DNA from: Pirellulales bacterium
GTDB taxonomy: Bacteria > Planctomycetota > Planctomycetia > Pirellulales > JAICIG01
Reading direction: 5' to 3'
Assembly: GCA_040901675.1 (NCBI GenBank)
Contig: JBBDYJ010000010.1
Coordinates: forward strand, 362,599 to 426,598
DNA length: 64,000 nt
A program made the translations under genes and the position numbers. Every line of letters begins with the position of its first letter. Position 1 is the stretch's first letter. Shown one piece after another: positions 9,590 through 19,067 of this stretch. The notes under the pieces were generated by a model, which was not told the origin of the DNA, made no database searches, and was given only the letters and a program-made list of their open reading frames with translations.

Positions 9590-9982
9590 ATGATTGGTTC
9601 ACTTCGGATCGGCATCGCGGATGACGACCTCGGCAGCCGCAATACTCTACGAGACATGCTGTTGTCGCTGGGACACTCGGTGGTGAGCCTGGCCGAGGAT
9701 GGCGAGCAGCTCGTTGCACAATGCCGGGCGCAGCATCCGGACCTGGTCGTGATCGACCTAGAAATGCCGGTCCTGGACGGCCTGGCCGCCGCGGAGGAGA
9801 TTTGTGCGGCTGAACATCTTCCGATCATTCTGGTGTCGGGCCATCCAGACTTCGACCACGTGGTCCGGCGGCACGAGCCATTCGCTGCCTTCTTGGCAAA
9901 ACCGGTCACGCTCCAGCGGCTGCGGCAGGCAGTTCAGGACGCGATGGCACGCTCCTCGCAGCCCAGGGAGCCCGACAGCTAG
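9590..9982 (+). CDS. Single-domain response regulator
   Basis: IADDD, DLVVIDLEMPVLDG, VSG, KPV. Confidence 0.88.
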   Translation: MIGSLRIGIADDDLGSRNTLRDMLLSLGHSVVSLAEDGEQLVAQCRAQHPDLVVIDLEMPVLDGLAAAEEICAAEHLPIILVSGHPDFDHVVRRHEPFAAFLAKPVTLQRLRQAVQDAMARSSQPREPDS

Positions 9983-10043
9983 AGTCCAGGCGCGACTGTC
10001 CGCGCCCGCACTTGGACTTATGGTTTCGCGCCGGAGGGAGAAG

Positions 10044-10136
10044 CTATCCAGGTGCCGATTCCTGGAAACTCAGTTGACCGATCGCACCCAGGATCTGATC
10101 GAGTGTGACCGGTTTGATCAGATGCCGCGCAAAGCC
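10044..10136 (-). pseudogene. 3' remnant of a receiver-domain gene
   Basis: Minus strand reads GFARHLIKPVTLDQILGAIGQL...*; the upstream receiver motifs are missing. Confidence 0.55.
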
Positions 10137-10395
10137 GACGGTCCGTGGTCCGTCGCCGCACAGTGTATCAGCCGCCAAGCTCTTCCATCAACACAATGCC
10201 CCCCTGGATGTTCTGCCGCGTCCCCACCAGGGGGGCGGCAATCCTTTATGCAGCCATGGTTTAGGTTTTCTGGCGCAAAATCGCAGTGCGGTCTAGGCAA
10301 ATCGGCCGGCTGCGGCGAAACTCAATCTTTGACATTCCTGGACGAATGCAGACCCCAGTGGCCTATAGCTTTGAGTAGTTATTGGAGGCATTGCG

Positions 10396-12249
10396 ATGAA
10401 ACTCCGTGGCGCGTTGATGCGTGTTGTAGCCGTTGTGGCGGCGCTGGCACCGGTGGCGGCACGGGCCCAGGCGCCTGCCGCGGCGGCCACGGCCAAACAG
10501 ACGATTGCCGTCTTCCATCTGAAAGGACCGGTAAGCGAGTCGCCCGGCGACGGCGGCTTTCCCTTTTCGACCGAGCAGTCCGTATCGTTGAAAGACCTGG
10601 TCGCCCGGATCGCCAAGGCCCGTGACGACGAAGCCGTCAAGGCGCTGGTCCTCCTGCTCGAAGGCAGCGAGGTGTCGATCGCCCAGGCCGAAGAGCTCCG
10701 CCAGACGATGGCCAAGTTCCGCGAGTCGGGCAAGGAACTCTTCGCCCATGCCGATGCGCTGTCGATGGGCAACTATGCCCTGGTCGCCGGTGCCAGCCAG
10801 GTCAACGTCGTGCCGACGGCCGACATCTGGCTGACCGGCATTTATGCCGAGTCGCCCTATCTCAAGGGCCTCCTGACAAAAATCGGCGTCGAGCCCGACT
10901 TTCTCACCTGCGGCGAATTCAAAACCGCCGCCGAAATCTTCATGCGCGACGGGCCCAGCCCCCAAGCCGACGAGATGCAGAACCGGCTCTTGGACGGCCT
11001 CTACGAAACCCATGTCAAGCTCATCGCCGATGGCCGCGGCGTCCAGCCCGACCAGGTGCGGCGCTGGATCGACGGCGGGCCCTACACGGCCGCCAAGGCC
11101 GGCGAGCTTGGAATTGTCGATTCGCTCCACCACGTGCGAGAGTTCGAAGCGAGCCTGAAAGAGCGATTCGGCTCGGAAGTCAAATTCGACCACGACTACG
11201 GCAAAAAGGCGCCGCCGCGGATCGACCTGTCCAGCCCCTTCGGCGCCCTGAACTTCTGGAGCGAACTGCTGGCGGGCAAGAAGCAAAAGGTCTACAAAAA
11301 CTCGGTGGCCATCGTCTACGTCCAGGGCCCGATCGTGCTCGGCAGCACCCAGGCCAGCCCGTTTGCCAGCGCGGCGGCCTCCAGCAGCGATGTCCGCGCA
11401 GCGCTCGACAAGGCGGCCGACGACGACTCGATCAAGGCCGTCGTGTTGCGGGTGAATTCGCCCGGCGGATCGGCCGTGGCCAGCGAAATCATCCTCGACG
11501 CCACCCGGCGGGTGAAGGCGGCCAAGCCCCTGGTGGTCTCGATGGGCGACGTGGCCGCCAGCGGCGGTTACTACGTGGCTTGCGGCGCCGACACGGTCTT
11601 CGCCGATGAGTCGACCATTACCGGCTCGATCGGCGTCGTCGGCGGCAAGCTGGCGACCAGTGGATTGTGGAACAAGCTCGGCGTTAACTGGAAAGGCTAC
11701 GGCCGCGGCGCGAATGCCTCGCTCTTGAGCACCGCCCAGCCCTTCACTCCCGCCCAGCGCGAGCACATGCAGGCCTGGATGGACGAAATCTATGGCGTCT
11801 TCAAGGGACACGTCACCGCCATCCGGGGCGACCGCCTGAAGAAGGATATCGACAGCCTCGCCGGCGGCCGCGTCTACACGGGACGGCAGGCCCTCGATCT
11901 CGGCTTGGTCGACAAGCTGGGAACCCTGGACGACGCCATCCAGTTTGCGGCCGCCGAAGCCAAGGTTACCGACTACGACGTGCGGATCGTGCCCGAACCC
12001 AAGAACTTCCTGGAGCGGTTGCTCGAGGACGCAGCCGGGCAAAAGAAAGACGACTCGCACCTCGCGATTGCACAAGCGCTGACCGGCAGCGGCCGGCGGC
12101 CCGGACTGCTCGAGGCCGCCTTGCCCTACTTCGACAAGCTCGATCCAAAGCGGCTTGCCGCGGTCCGCTTGGCCCTCGGACGGCTGGAGTTGCTGCACGA
12201 GGAAGGCGCGTTGTTGATGATGCCCGAGATCCTGGTCCAGGGACGATGA
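10396..12249 (+). CDS. sppA: Signal peptide peptidase SppA (tandem S49 domains)
   Basis: LRVNSPGGS, VAASGGYY, TITGSIGV, GRVYTG..A...GLVD. Confidence 0.92.
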   Translation: MKLRGALMRVVAVVAALAPVAARAQAPAAAATAKQTIAVFHLKGPVSESPGDGGFPFSTEQSVSLKDLVARIAKARDDEAVKALVLLLEGSEVSIAQAEELRQTMAKFRESGKELFAHADALSMGNYALVAGASQVNVVPTADIWLTGIYAESPYLKGLLTKIGVEPDFLTCGEFKTAAEIFMRDGPSPQADEMQNRLLDGLYETHVKLIADGRGVQPDQVRRWIDGGPYTAAKAGELGIVDSLHHVREFEASLKERFGSEVKFDHDYGKKAPPRIDLSSPFGALNFWSELLAGKKQKVYKNSVAIVYVQGPIVLGSTQASPFASAAASSSDVRAALDKAADDDSIKAVVLRVNSPGGSAVASEIILDATRRVKAAKPLVVSMGDVAASGGYYVACGADTVFADESTITGSIGVVGGKLATSGLWNKLGVNWKGYGRGANASLLSTAQPFTPAQREHMQAWMDEIYGVFKGHVTAIRGDRLKKDIDSLAGGRVYTGRQALDLGLVDKLGTLDDAIQFAAAEAKVTDYDVRIVPEPKNFLERLLEDAAGQKKDDSHLAIAQALTGSGRRPGLLEAALPYFDKLDPKRLAAVRLALGRLELLHEEGALLMMPEILVQGR

Positions 12250-13400
12250 GCTGGCTGAACGCCGCGGCCCTGGCCGCTTTAGCCGCCGGCCACGCCGAGC
12301 TGATGGTGGCGCTGATCAACCGGCTGCACGCCTTGCCGCTCTCGCACGGCCTGCTGCGCCGCAGCCGTCAGCTTCACGAGTTGGTGATCCTGGCGTTTCC
12401 GCTCGTGCTGGTCTGGTTCGTGGGTCTGACGGGTCCCCGCTTGCTGACCGGCGGCCGCTGGTCCGACTTGCCCGCCCCCTGGGCCGGCTACCTTGGCCTG
12501 TGCGCTTTGGGCGCCGTTGGGCTGGTGGTTTCGGCCGTGGCCCAGGCGCGGCAGCGCCCGCCGGCCGCACAGGTGTCGAACCATTCACACACCATCGATA
12601 TCGACAAGCGGCTCGGCTATCGCCCCATCGGCGCCGGCAGGCATCGGCTGATGATCGGCATGCCCGGCAACGAGGCCTTTCGCGTCGAGGTCTCCGACAA
12701 GACGTACCGCCTACCGAAACTTCCGGCCGCCTGGGACGGCCTTTCGATCGTACACCTGACCGATCTGCACTACACGGGCAGACCCGACCGCCGCTTCTTT
12801 GAAGAAGTTTGCGAATTGTCGGCGGAGCTTGCGCCCGACATGTTCGTATTCACGGGCGACCTGCTCGACAGCCAAGAGCTGATGGACTGGTTCCCCTCCA
12901 CTCTGGGCCGGCTCAATGCTCCGTTGGGCTGCCATTTTGTGCTGGGCAACCACGACTGGTACCTTGACGCCGACGCGATCCGCCGCGGCCTGATCGATCT
13001 CGGCTGGCACGACGTGGCCGGGCGATGGCTTTCGATCGAGCACCGCGGGCATCCATTGGTCATCACCGGCACAGAGCAGCCCTGGATGGGCCGCCACCCG
13101 GACCTGGCCGGCGCGCCGGCCGAAGCCTTTCGGCTGCTGTTGAGCCACACGGCCGACAACCTGCCCTGGGCTCGCGGCCAGTCGATCGACCTGATGCTCT
13201 CCGGGCACAACCACGGCGGCCAGGTGATGCTGCCCCTGGTTGGCGCCGTTTACTCCCCCAGCGTCCACGGCTGCCGCTACGCGTCTGGAGCTTTTTGGCA
13301 ACCGCCCACGCTCTTGTACGTATCCCGCGGCCTTTCCGGCCGTCTCCCCTTCCGCTTCCGCTGCCCCCCCGAGCTGACGCGGCTTGTGCTCCGTCCGTAG
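12246..13400 (+). CDS. Membrane-anchored metallophosphoesterase
   Basis: TDLH, TGDL, GNHD, LSGHNHGGQ motifs; N-terminal TM helices. Confidence 0.9.
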   Translation: MSWLNAAALAALAAGHAELMVALINRLHALPLSHGLLRRSRQLHELVILAFPLVLVWFVGLTGPRLLTGGRWSDLPAPWAGYLGLCALGAVGLVVSAVAQARQRPPAAQVSNHSHTIDIDKRLGYRPIGAGRHRLMIGMPGNEAFRVEVSDKTYRLPKLPAAWDGLSIVHLTDLHYTGRPDRRFFEEVCELSAELAPDMFVFTGDLLDSQELMDWFPSTLGRLNAPLGCHFVLGNHDWYLDADAIRRGLIDLGWHDVAGRWLSIEHRGHPLVITGTEQPWMGRHPDLAGAPAEAFRLLLSHTADNLPWARGQSIDLMLSGHNHGGQVMLPLVGAVYSPSVHGCRYASGAFWQPPTLLYVSRGLSGRLPFRFRCPPELTRLVLRP

Positions 13401-13486
13401 AACGGAACTTCATTCCGTTTTCTTCTTCCGAATTCGTATCCTCTTTGATTTGACACGCCACGGAAACGGAATGAATTCCGTTCTAC
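13397..13486. repeat. GTAG-type REP family B inverted pair (REPIN) between convergent genes
   Basis: GTAGAACGGAACTTCATTCCGTT ... AACGGAATGAATTCCGTTCTAC. Confidence 0.88.
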
Positions 13487-14367
13487 GTTTCCTCCTTCCT
13501 CCGCCCGTACCGGGCCACGAGGCCGGCCAGGATCAATCCGCCGCCGAGCAGCGTCCACCAGGCGGGCTGCTCGCCGTGGGCCAGAAAGACCCACAAGGGC
13601 GACATCACCGGTTCGGTCAAGCCGATCAACGCCCCCTCCTGGCTCGATACTGCACGCAGCCCTCGGGCAAAAAGCAAGTACGGCAAACCCATCTGCACCA
13701 GTCCGAAGGCAGCCAGCACCAAAAACTGCATTCCGGTGATCTGGTGTGCAAAACCCAGCGGGATCAGCACGGCCGCGGCCACCAGGTGGTTCAACGCCAC
13801 AAGCCAGGCGGAATTGTGCTTGCTGAGTGCCCGCAAGAACATCACTACTCCCGCGTAGAACACCCCTGAAGCCAGGCCGTACAGCACGCCTGCCTGCTGG
13901 GTTCCGAAGGCGGCCGGATCGAGCTCGAAATAAAGGATCGTCGCTATGCCGGCCAGCCCGCAGGCCAGCGGGACCGCGTCGCGGCGATCGAGCGAGCTGC
14001 GCCAGAATAGCAGGCCGCACACGAACACCCACAACGGCGCGGTGCTCTGCAGCCAAATGGCGTTGGCCGCCGTGGTCATCGTCATCGACTTCAGGAAGCA
14101 GACGTTCATCGCGGTGAACGCGATGGTCATCGGCACCAGCCGCGGCTCCCAGCGCGGCCGCCGCACGGCGGGCAGGATGAGCAAGCCCGCAAACGCCGCC
14201 CGCCAGAATGCCAACATCGTGCCCCGCGCCTCGAGCGGCCACGAGTCGAAGATCGGCGACTTGGCAAACAGCCCGTTCGTGCTCCACAAGAGCGTCGCCG
14301 CCAGGATCAACAGCCGGCCCGCTCCCGGCCGCAGCAGCACTGGTTCGGACGTGTCCGATGTTTTCAT
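13483..14367 (-). CDS. EamA/DMT family transporter
   Basis: About 10 TM helices in two EamA repeats; LQSTAPLW, EPVMSPLW. Confidence 0.9.
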   Translation of the reverse strand: MKTSDTSEPVLLRPGAGRLLILAATLLWSTNGLFAKSPIFDSWPLEARGTMLAFWRAAFAGLLILPAVRRPRWEPRLVPMTIAFTAMNVCFLKSMTMTTAANAIWLQSTAPLWVFVCGLLFWRSSLDRRDAVPLACGLAGIATILYFELDPAAFGTQQAGVLYGLASGVFYAGVVMFLRALSKHNSAWLVALNHLVAAAVLIPLGFAHQITGMQFLVLAAFGLVQMGLPYLLFARGLRAVSSQEGALIGLTEPVMSPLWVFLAHGEQPAWWTLLGGGLILAGLVARYGRRKEET

Positions 14368-14458
14368 GCCCCCATCTTACGCTGCCGCCCTCTCCCGTGG
14401 CAGAACTCGCTATCCTGTTAGCTTCATCCTTCTGCCTTAACTATCCGATCTTGGGATT

Positions 14459-16081
14459 ATGACTTCTCGTAACCGTTTCGACTGCGTGATCATTGGCGGC
14501 GGGCACAATGGACTGGTCGCCGCCGCCTACCTGGCCAAGGCCGGCAAAACGGTTTGCGTGCTCGAGCGGCGGCACGTGCTCGGCGGCGCCGCCACCACCG
14601 AGGAGCTCTGGCCAGGATACAAGGTGTCGACGGCGGCCTACGTCGTCAGCCTGCTCTTGCCCGAGATCATTCGCGAGCTGCGGCTGGCGTACTATGGGCT
14701 GGTTATCCTGCCGCGGTCCCCCTCGTCGTTCACGCCGCTGGAAGATGGCCGCAGTCTGCTGATGGGAACAGAGCCCGGACTCAACGTGAGCCAGATCGCC
14801 CAGTTCAACCAGCGCGACGCCGCCGCCTATCCCCGCTACGAGGGCCTTCTGGAGCGCGTGGCGGAAACGCTGGAGCCGCTGCTCTCGCAATCGGCCCCCG
14901 ATCCGCTGCCGCTGCCGGCGTCCTGGCGGCGGATCGGACTGGCCAAACGCGGCCGCGACGCGGCTGCCCTGTGGCGGATGTACCGGGCCATGGGCCAGTT
15001 GGGTGACGAGCTGCCCGAGGCCCTGGAGCTGCTCGCCGGCTCGGCCCGGACCATCCTGGACCGCTGGTTCGAGTCCGACGTGCTCAAGGCCACGCTGGCC
15101 ACCGACGCCATCATCGGCGCGTTCGCCTCGATCTCGTCGCCCGGCAGCGCCTACGTGCTGTTGCACCACGTGATGGGACAGGCGACCGGCGTCCGCGGCG
15201 TGTGGGGCTATGTGCAAGGCGGCATGGGCGCCTTGAGCGAATCGATCGCCCGCTCGGCCGTGGACCTGGGCGTCGAGATCCGCCGCGAGGCCGAGGTGGT
15301 CCGCATCTTGACGTCCAAGGGCAGGGCCGCCGGGGTAGCGTTGGCCGACGGCAGCCAGATCGAGTCGTGGGCGGTGGCTTCCAGCGTCGACCCGCACTGG
15401 ACCTTCGAGCGGCTGCTGGAGCCGGACGCCTTGCCTGAACAGTTCCGTGCCGCCGTGGCACGCATCGACTACTCCAGCGCTTCGGCCAAGATCAACCTGG
15501 CGCTGGCCGAGCCGCCCCGGTTCACTTGCCTGCCCGGCGAAGGGATCGGGCCGCACCATCGCGGAACGATCCACGTCGGCCCCAGCCTGGATTATCTGGA
15601 ACGGGCCTTCGACGACGCCAAGTATGGCCGTCCCAGTCAGCGCCCGATCCTCGAAATCACGTTGCCGACCAGCGTCGACACGAGCATTGCCCCGCCCGGG
15701 CGCCACCTGATGTCGATGTTCGTGCAGTACGCTCCCTACCGGCTGGCCGACGGCGACTGGGACCAGGTCAAGGAGGCCTTCGCCGATCGTTGCATTGATG
15801 AGCTGGCCCGCTACGCGCCCAACGTGCCGGCCGCCGTGCTGCACCGCCAGGTGCTCAGCCCGCTCGACCTGGAACGCACCTTCCGCTTGACGGGCGGGAA
15901 CATCTTTCAAGGCGCGATGAGCCTGGGCCAGCTCTTCTCGCTGCGGCCCGTGGCCGGCTGGGCCGACCATCGAACTCCGCTGCCCGGCCTTTATCTATGC
16001 GGCGCCGCCAGCCATCCCGGCGGCGGCGTGATGGGCGCCTGCGGCCGCAACGCCGCCCGCGAGATCCTCCGCGACTTCTGA
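14459..16081 (+). CDS. Phytoene desaturase family FAD-dependent oxidoreductase
   Basis: GGGHNGLVAAAYLA, GGMGALS, LYLCGAASHPGGGVMG. Confidence 0.9.
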   Translation: MTSRNRFDCVIIGGGHNGLVAAAYLAKAGKTVCVLERRHVLGGAATTEELWPGYKVSTAAYVVSLLLPEIIRELRLAYYGLVILPRSPSSFTPLEDGRSLLMGTEPGLNVSQIAQFNQRDAAAYPRYEGLLERVAETLEPLLSQSAPDPLPLPASWRRIGLAKRGRDAAALWRMYRAMGQLGDELPEALELLAGSARTILDRWFESDVLKATLATDAIIGAFASISSPGSAYVLLHHVMGQATGVRGVWGYVQGGMGALSESIARSAVDLGVEIRREAEVVRILTSKGRAAGVALADGSQIESWAVASSVDPHWTFERLLEPDALPEQFRAAVARIDYSSASAKINLALAEPPRFTCLPGEGIGPHHRGTIHVGPSLDYLERAFDDAKYGRPSQRPILEITLPTSVDTSIAPPGRHLMSMFVQYAPYRLADGDWDQVKEAFADRCIDELARYAPNVPAAVLHRQVLSPLDLERTFRLTGGNIFQGAMSLGQLFSLRPVAGWADHRTPLPGLYLCGAASHPGGGVMGACGRNAAREILRDF

Positions 16082-16120
16082 AGGCAGAAGGAGGAAGGAG
16101 GAAGGAGGAAGGAGGAATAG
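16080..16120 (+). repeat. Heptamer tandem array (GAAGGAG)n, left flank of the four-helix-bundle gene
   Basis: GAAGGCA GAAGGAG GAAGGAG GAAGGAG GAAGGAG. Confidence 0.9.
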
Positions 16121-16150
16121 GGAGCGATTCGCAGCCCGCCTCGGCCTTCA

Positions 16151-16525
16151 CTATTTCCTCGGCTTCTTTCGCTTGGCGTTCCTTCCGCAAGTGACCAGGA
16201 TAGCAGTGAGTTCTTCGGCTTCCAGGCAAATGTCAGTCAATCGCGAGGCGCGGATAGTTCCGCTGTCGCCCAGCAACTCCAGCCAGTAGGCGGTCTCCTC
16301 CAGTTCCGCCACGCCTCCCTGGACCTTGCTAACGAATTCGGCCGTCGATCTCGCACGCGTGGCTTCCCGATAGTGTGCTCCAACGGAAGTGCCGCTTCGC
16401 AGCAGTTGCTTGCCCAATACCTGGGCTACTGCTGCCTTCGGGAGGGCCCCGAACAACCGGATAATGCGCAGTGCAAATGCCTTTGTTCGCGTCTTCAGGT
16501 CCCCAGCTCGCCGATCAGTCTGCGT
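16151..16525 (-). CDS. Four helix bundle protein (23S rRNA intervening-sequence protein/Avd-like family); no canonical start in frame
   Basis: DLKTRTKAFALRIIRLF upstream of the called TTG, then QLLRSGTSVGAHYREA, RSTAEFVSK, ELEETAYWLELL. Confidence 0.85.
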   Translation of the reverse strand, partial: TQTDRRAGDLKTRTKAFALRIIRLFGALPKAAVAQVLGKQLLRSGTSVGAHYREATRARSTAEFVSKVQGGVAELEETAYWLELLGDSGTIRASRLTDICLEAEELTAILVTCGRNAKRKKPRK

Positions 16526-16577
16526 TTTCTTTCTCCTTGTTGTTTAGTCTTCACCGATTCTCAGCGCTCTCCTCTCT

Positions 16578-16615
16578 TATTCCTCCCTCCTTCCTCCTTC
16601 CTCCTTCCTCCTTTT
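16578..16615 (-). repeat. Heptamer tandem array (CTCCTTC)n, right flank, inverted relative to the left array
   Basis: CCTCCCTCCTTCCTCCTTCCTCCTTCCTCC. Confidence 0.85.
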
Positions 16616-16618
16616 CTA

Positions 16619-17200
16619 CTACCTTGCCACCAACACGATCATCGTCACGATCCCCAGCACGACGACCGCCGCGGCCACGATCGACCACTTCAATACGGCC
16701 TTGTTGAACCGCTCTTCGCGGAGCCGCCGCGCTAAAGCTTGCTCCTCGCGGTATTCAACGCTGTCCTCGCGGCGCAGACGGAATTGCGTCTGGCAGAACG
16801 GGCAAAGAACCTCCTGGCCGATCATGTCCGCCGGCGTTTCCAAGACGTGACCTTGCGGACACGGTACGTGAAAGAGGGCGGGTTCCTGCTGTTCCTCCGT
16901 CGCCACTTCAGCTTGCACATCCGCCGGTTCGGCTTCCTGGCCGGCGGGGGCCGCGGCTTCCGAACCGGGTGGCGGCAGGTCGACGTTGATCTCCGGAGGC
17001 GCTTCGGCCGCCGGCTCGGCAGCGCCCGCCTCAGGCCAGGGGCCCGGTGCCGCTGGGCTCCACCCGGCTGGCGTGGCACCGCTCTGGATCACCGGGATGA
17101 TGAACAGGATTCCGCAGAGCGGGCACTGGCTCTGCTGGCCCATCTGCGACTCGTGCCCTTCCAGCAGGTGCCCTTGAGGGCAATAGAATTGAAACGGCAT
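16619..17200 (-). CDS. Hypothetical protein with two CPQGH...CPxC zinc ribbons and a C-terminal TM anchor
   Basis: CPQGH/CPLC and CPQGH/CPFC repeats, Pro/Glu linker, hydrophobic C-terminus. Confidence 0.8.
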   Translation of the reverse strand: MPFQFYCPQGHLLEGHESQMGQQSQCPLCGILFIIPVIQSGATPAGWSPAAPGPWPEAGAAEPAAEAPPEINVDLPPPGSEAAAPAGQEAEPADVQAEVATEEQQEPALFHVPCPQGHVLETPADMIGQEVLCPFCQTQFRLRREDSVEYREEQALARRLREERFNKAVLKWSIVAAAVVVLGIVTMIVLVAR

Positions 17201-17209
17201 CCGTCCAGC

Positions 17210-17815
17210 TTAGCCGGGCGGGCTAGCCAGACAAGCGCGCCGGTAGCAGTAGTCGAACAGCAATTGCCACTCGCGCAACTGCACTCGCCGCACCAGCGCG
17301 TCGCGCGGTGATTCCCCGCTTGCCGCCGCCTGGCAAAGATCGACAAACCGCGCATGGTCCCAGGCCGGCTGGTCGATCAGAAACCGCGCGGTCGCGTCCA
17401 GTGCATGCTCACCGGCCAGGCGGCGCGCGTCCTCCGTCAGCCGATCGCCGATCGGATGGCCGCCGACTCGGCGGAACCAATACTTGGCATTGCCGTAGTC
17501 CGGCTCGCGCCGGTGCATGATCCCATGCCAATAGCTCCCCTCGATCGAGTTGAGCTCCTGGCTGACCCGGTGCGACTCGTCCAGAAAGTCGTGGTACAGC
17601 CACAGCCCCGCCAGGCAGGCCGCCGCCCATTCATCATCCACGCGGCCGTCACGAGCCAGCCGTGATGGGTCCTGCGCCAGTTCCACCAGGTGGCGCCGGG
17701 CGGCCAAGTTCGGCTGGCCGGGCCCCAGCTCGTTCAGCCGCTCCGGTTCGAGCAGCTCGGTGACAGCCGGTGCGTAGTTCGTGGGGTCGAACGAATCTTG
17801 CGCGGTCGCGGGCAT
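17210..17815 (-). CDS. Conserved hypothetical protein
   Basis: GLWLYHDFLDESHRVSQ, YWHGIMHRREPDYGNAKYWF; SD-like GAAGGAGG upstream. Confidence 0.8.
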   Translation of the reverse strand: MPATAQDSFDPTNYAPAVTELLEPERLNELGPGQPNLAARRHLVELAQDPSRLARDGRVDDEWAAACLAGLWLYHDFLDESHRVSQELNSIEGSYWHGIMHRREPDYGNAKYWFRRVGGHPIGDRLTEDARRLAGEHALDATARFLIDQPAWDHARFVDLCQAAASGESPRDALVRRVQLREWQLLFDYCYRRACLASPPG

Positions 17816-18008
17816 GGCCATCTCCTCCTTCAACTTGCACCGGCACTTTCACGGTCGCCACCCATTATCAACGCCCCGCCCTGTCTGGTTCAACGGCCGG
17901 TTGCGGCGCCGCCGCACTGTTTTTTCCTTGCCACCATGTTCCAGCCGGAATACTCTTGCTCCTGACACCAGCCCTCGAGCTGGAGGCCTGCTTTCAGGGG
18001 AGGTGCCC

Positions 18009-18890
18009 GTGCCGGGCTTTTCCATTCGGTGCCCCAAGTGCGAGAAACGGCTGGCGGTCAATCCTGAGATGCTGGGACACATGTCGGCCTGCCCCAGTTG
18101 CGGCGCCCGGTTCCGATTGCCCGCCAATGCCGCGGACAAGGGGTCGGCCGACGCCGCGCCCCCGGTTGCCGAGACGGCGCCCGACAGTGCGACTGCCGCG
18201 CCGCCTTTGCCTCCTCCGATTCCATCCGACCACGCGACGCCGCCTGCCAGCGACCCCGCGCCCGGGCCATTCCTGCCTGGCCAGACCACTGCCTGCCCGC
18301 ATTGCAGCCAGCCGATCGCTATCGATCCACAAACAGCCGGTGCGGCCGTCGCCTGCCCTCACTGTGGCGGTGAGTTTCAAATGCCAGGACCTGGTCCGCT
18401 GGTCCGGACACAAACCGCTCAGGACCCGTTCGCGCGCCGCCGGCGCCGCGTCGCGCTGGTTGACGTTGCCGCATCCGTCATCGACTGGAGGTTCCAGCAT
18501 TACGTTACCCCGTGGATCATTCGAGCCGTGTGGGTGGCCGCTCTCGTAGTGGCCTGCGTGTATTGCCTGGTAGCCGGAGGGCTGGCCGTCTACGTGGGCA
18601 TCACGGCGGGCGGCGAACCAGAGCCTTCGCAATTCGGCCGCGAGAACCCGTTTGGCATCCCAGAGCTTGAAAGCGACGAGCCGCCCGCCACATCGCCGCT
18701 GATCCGCTTCGCGCAAAGAGTCTTCGGTACGGTCTTCGCCTTCCTGCTGAGCGTCAGCATGACATTCTTGGGCCTGGTGGTGTTACGCGTATACCTTGAA
18801 ATCATCGCCGTGCTCTTCAACATCGCCGCGACCCTGGCTGCCATGCGATCGCGGCTGGATCAAGCCGACAGCCAGCAGCGAGCCGGCTGA
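18009..18890 (+). CDS. Zinc-ribbon plus DUF4282-like membrane protein
   Basis: Four CPxC motifs; DWRFQHYVTPWIIR; LRVYLE...VLFNIA; GTG start after GGGAGG. Confidence 0.7.
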   Translation: MPGFSIRCPKCEKRLAVNPEMLGHMSACPSCGARFRLPANAADKGSADAAPPVAETAPDSATAAPPLPPPIPSDHATPPASDPAPGPFLPGQTTACPHCSQPIAIDPQTAGAAVACPHCGGEFQMPGPGPLVRTQTAQDPFARRRRRVALVDVAASVIDWRFQHYVTPWIIRAVWVAALVVACVYCLVAGGLAVYVGITAGGEPEPSQFGRENPFGIPELESDEPPATSPLIRFAQRVFGTVFAFLLSVSMTFLGLVVLRVYLEIIAVLFNIAATLAAMRSRLDQADSQQRAG

Positions 18891-19067
18891 CCCCGCCGGT
18901 GGCTCTTGGCCGGGCAGGCCCCCCATCTACCATCGTTTCAGAGCGGCTGTTAGACTGGGACCTTCAGTCATGCATTCGATGAGCAGGACGTCCCGGCGCG
19001 GCGGGATCGCCCGTCCAAACGGCCTGGGAAGGCCGCCCTCCATAATCCAAGCAAGGTAACAACTCAG

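Noticed and set aside
10363..12198. Long antisense or alternate-frame ORFs (e.g. 10363-12198, 3102-4898, 35602-37404, 55495-57468, 60118-61932)
   Set aside because: They shadow well-supported genes, carry no motifs, and are expected in high-GC DNA.
16151..16525. Diversity-generating retroelement suggested by the Avd-like protein
   Set aside because: No reverse transcriptase and no template/variable repeat pair with adenine-specific mismatches seen in the window.
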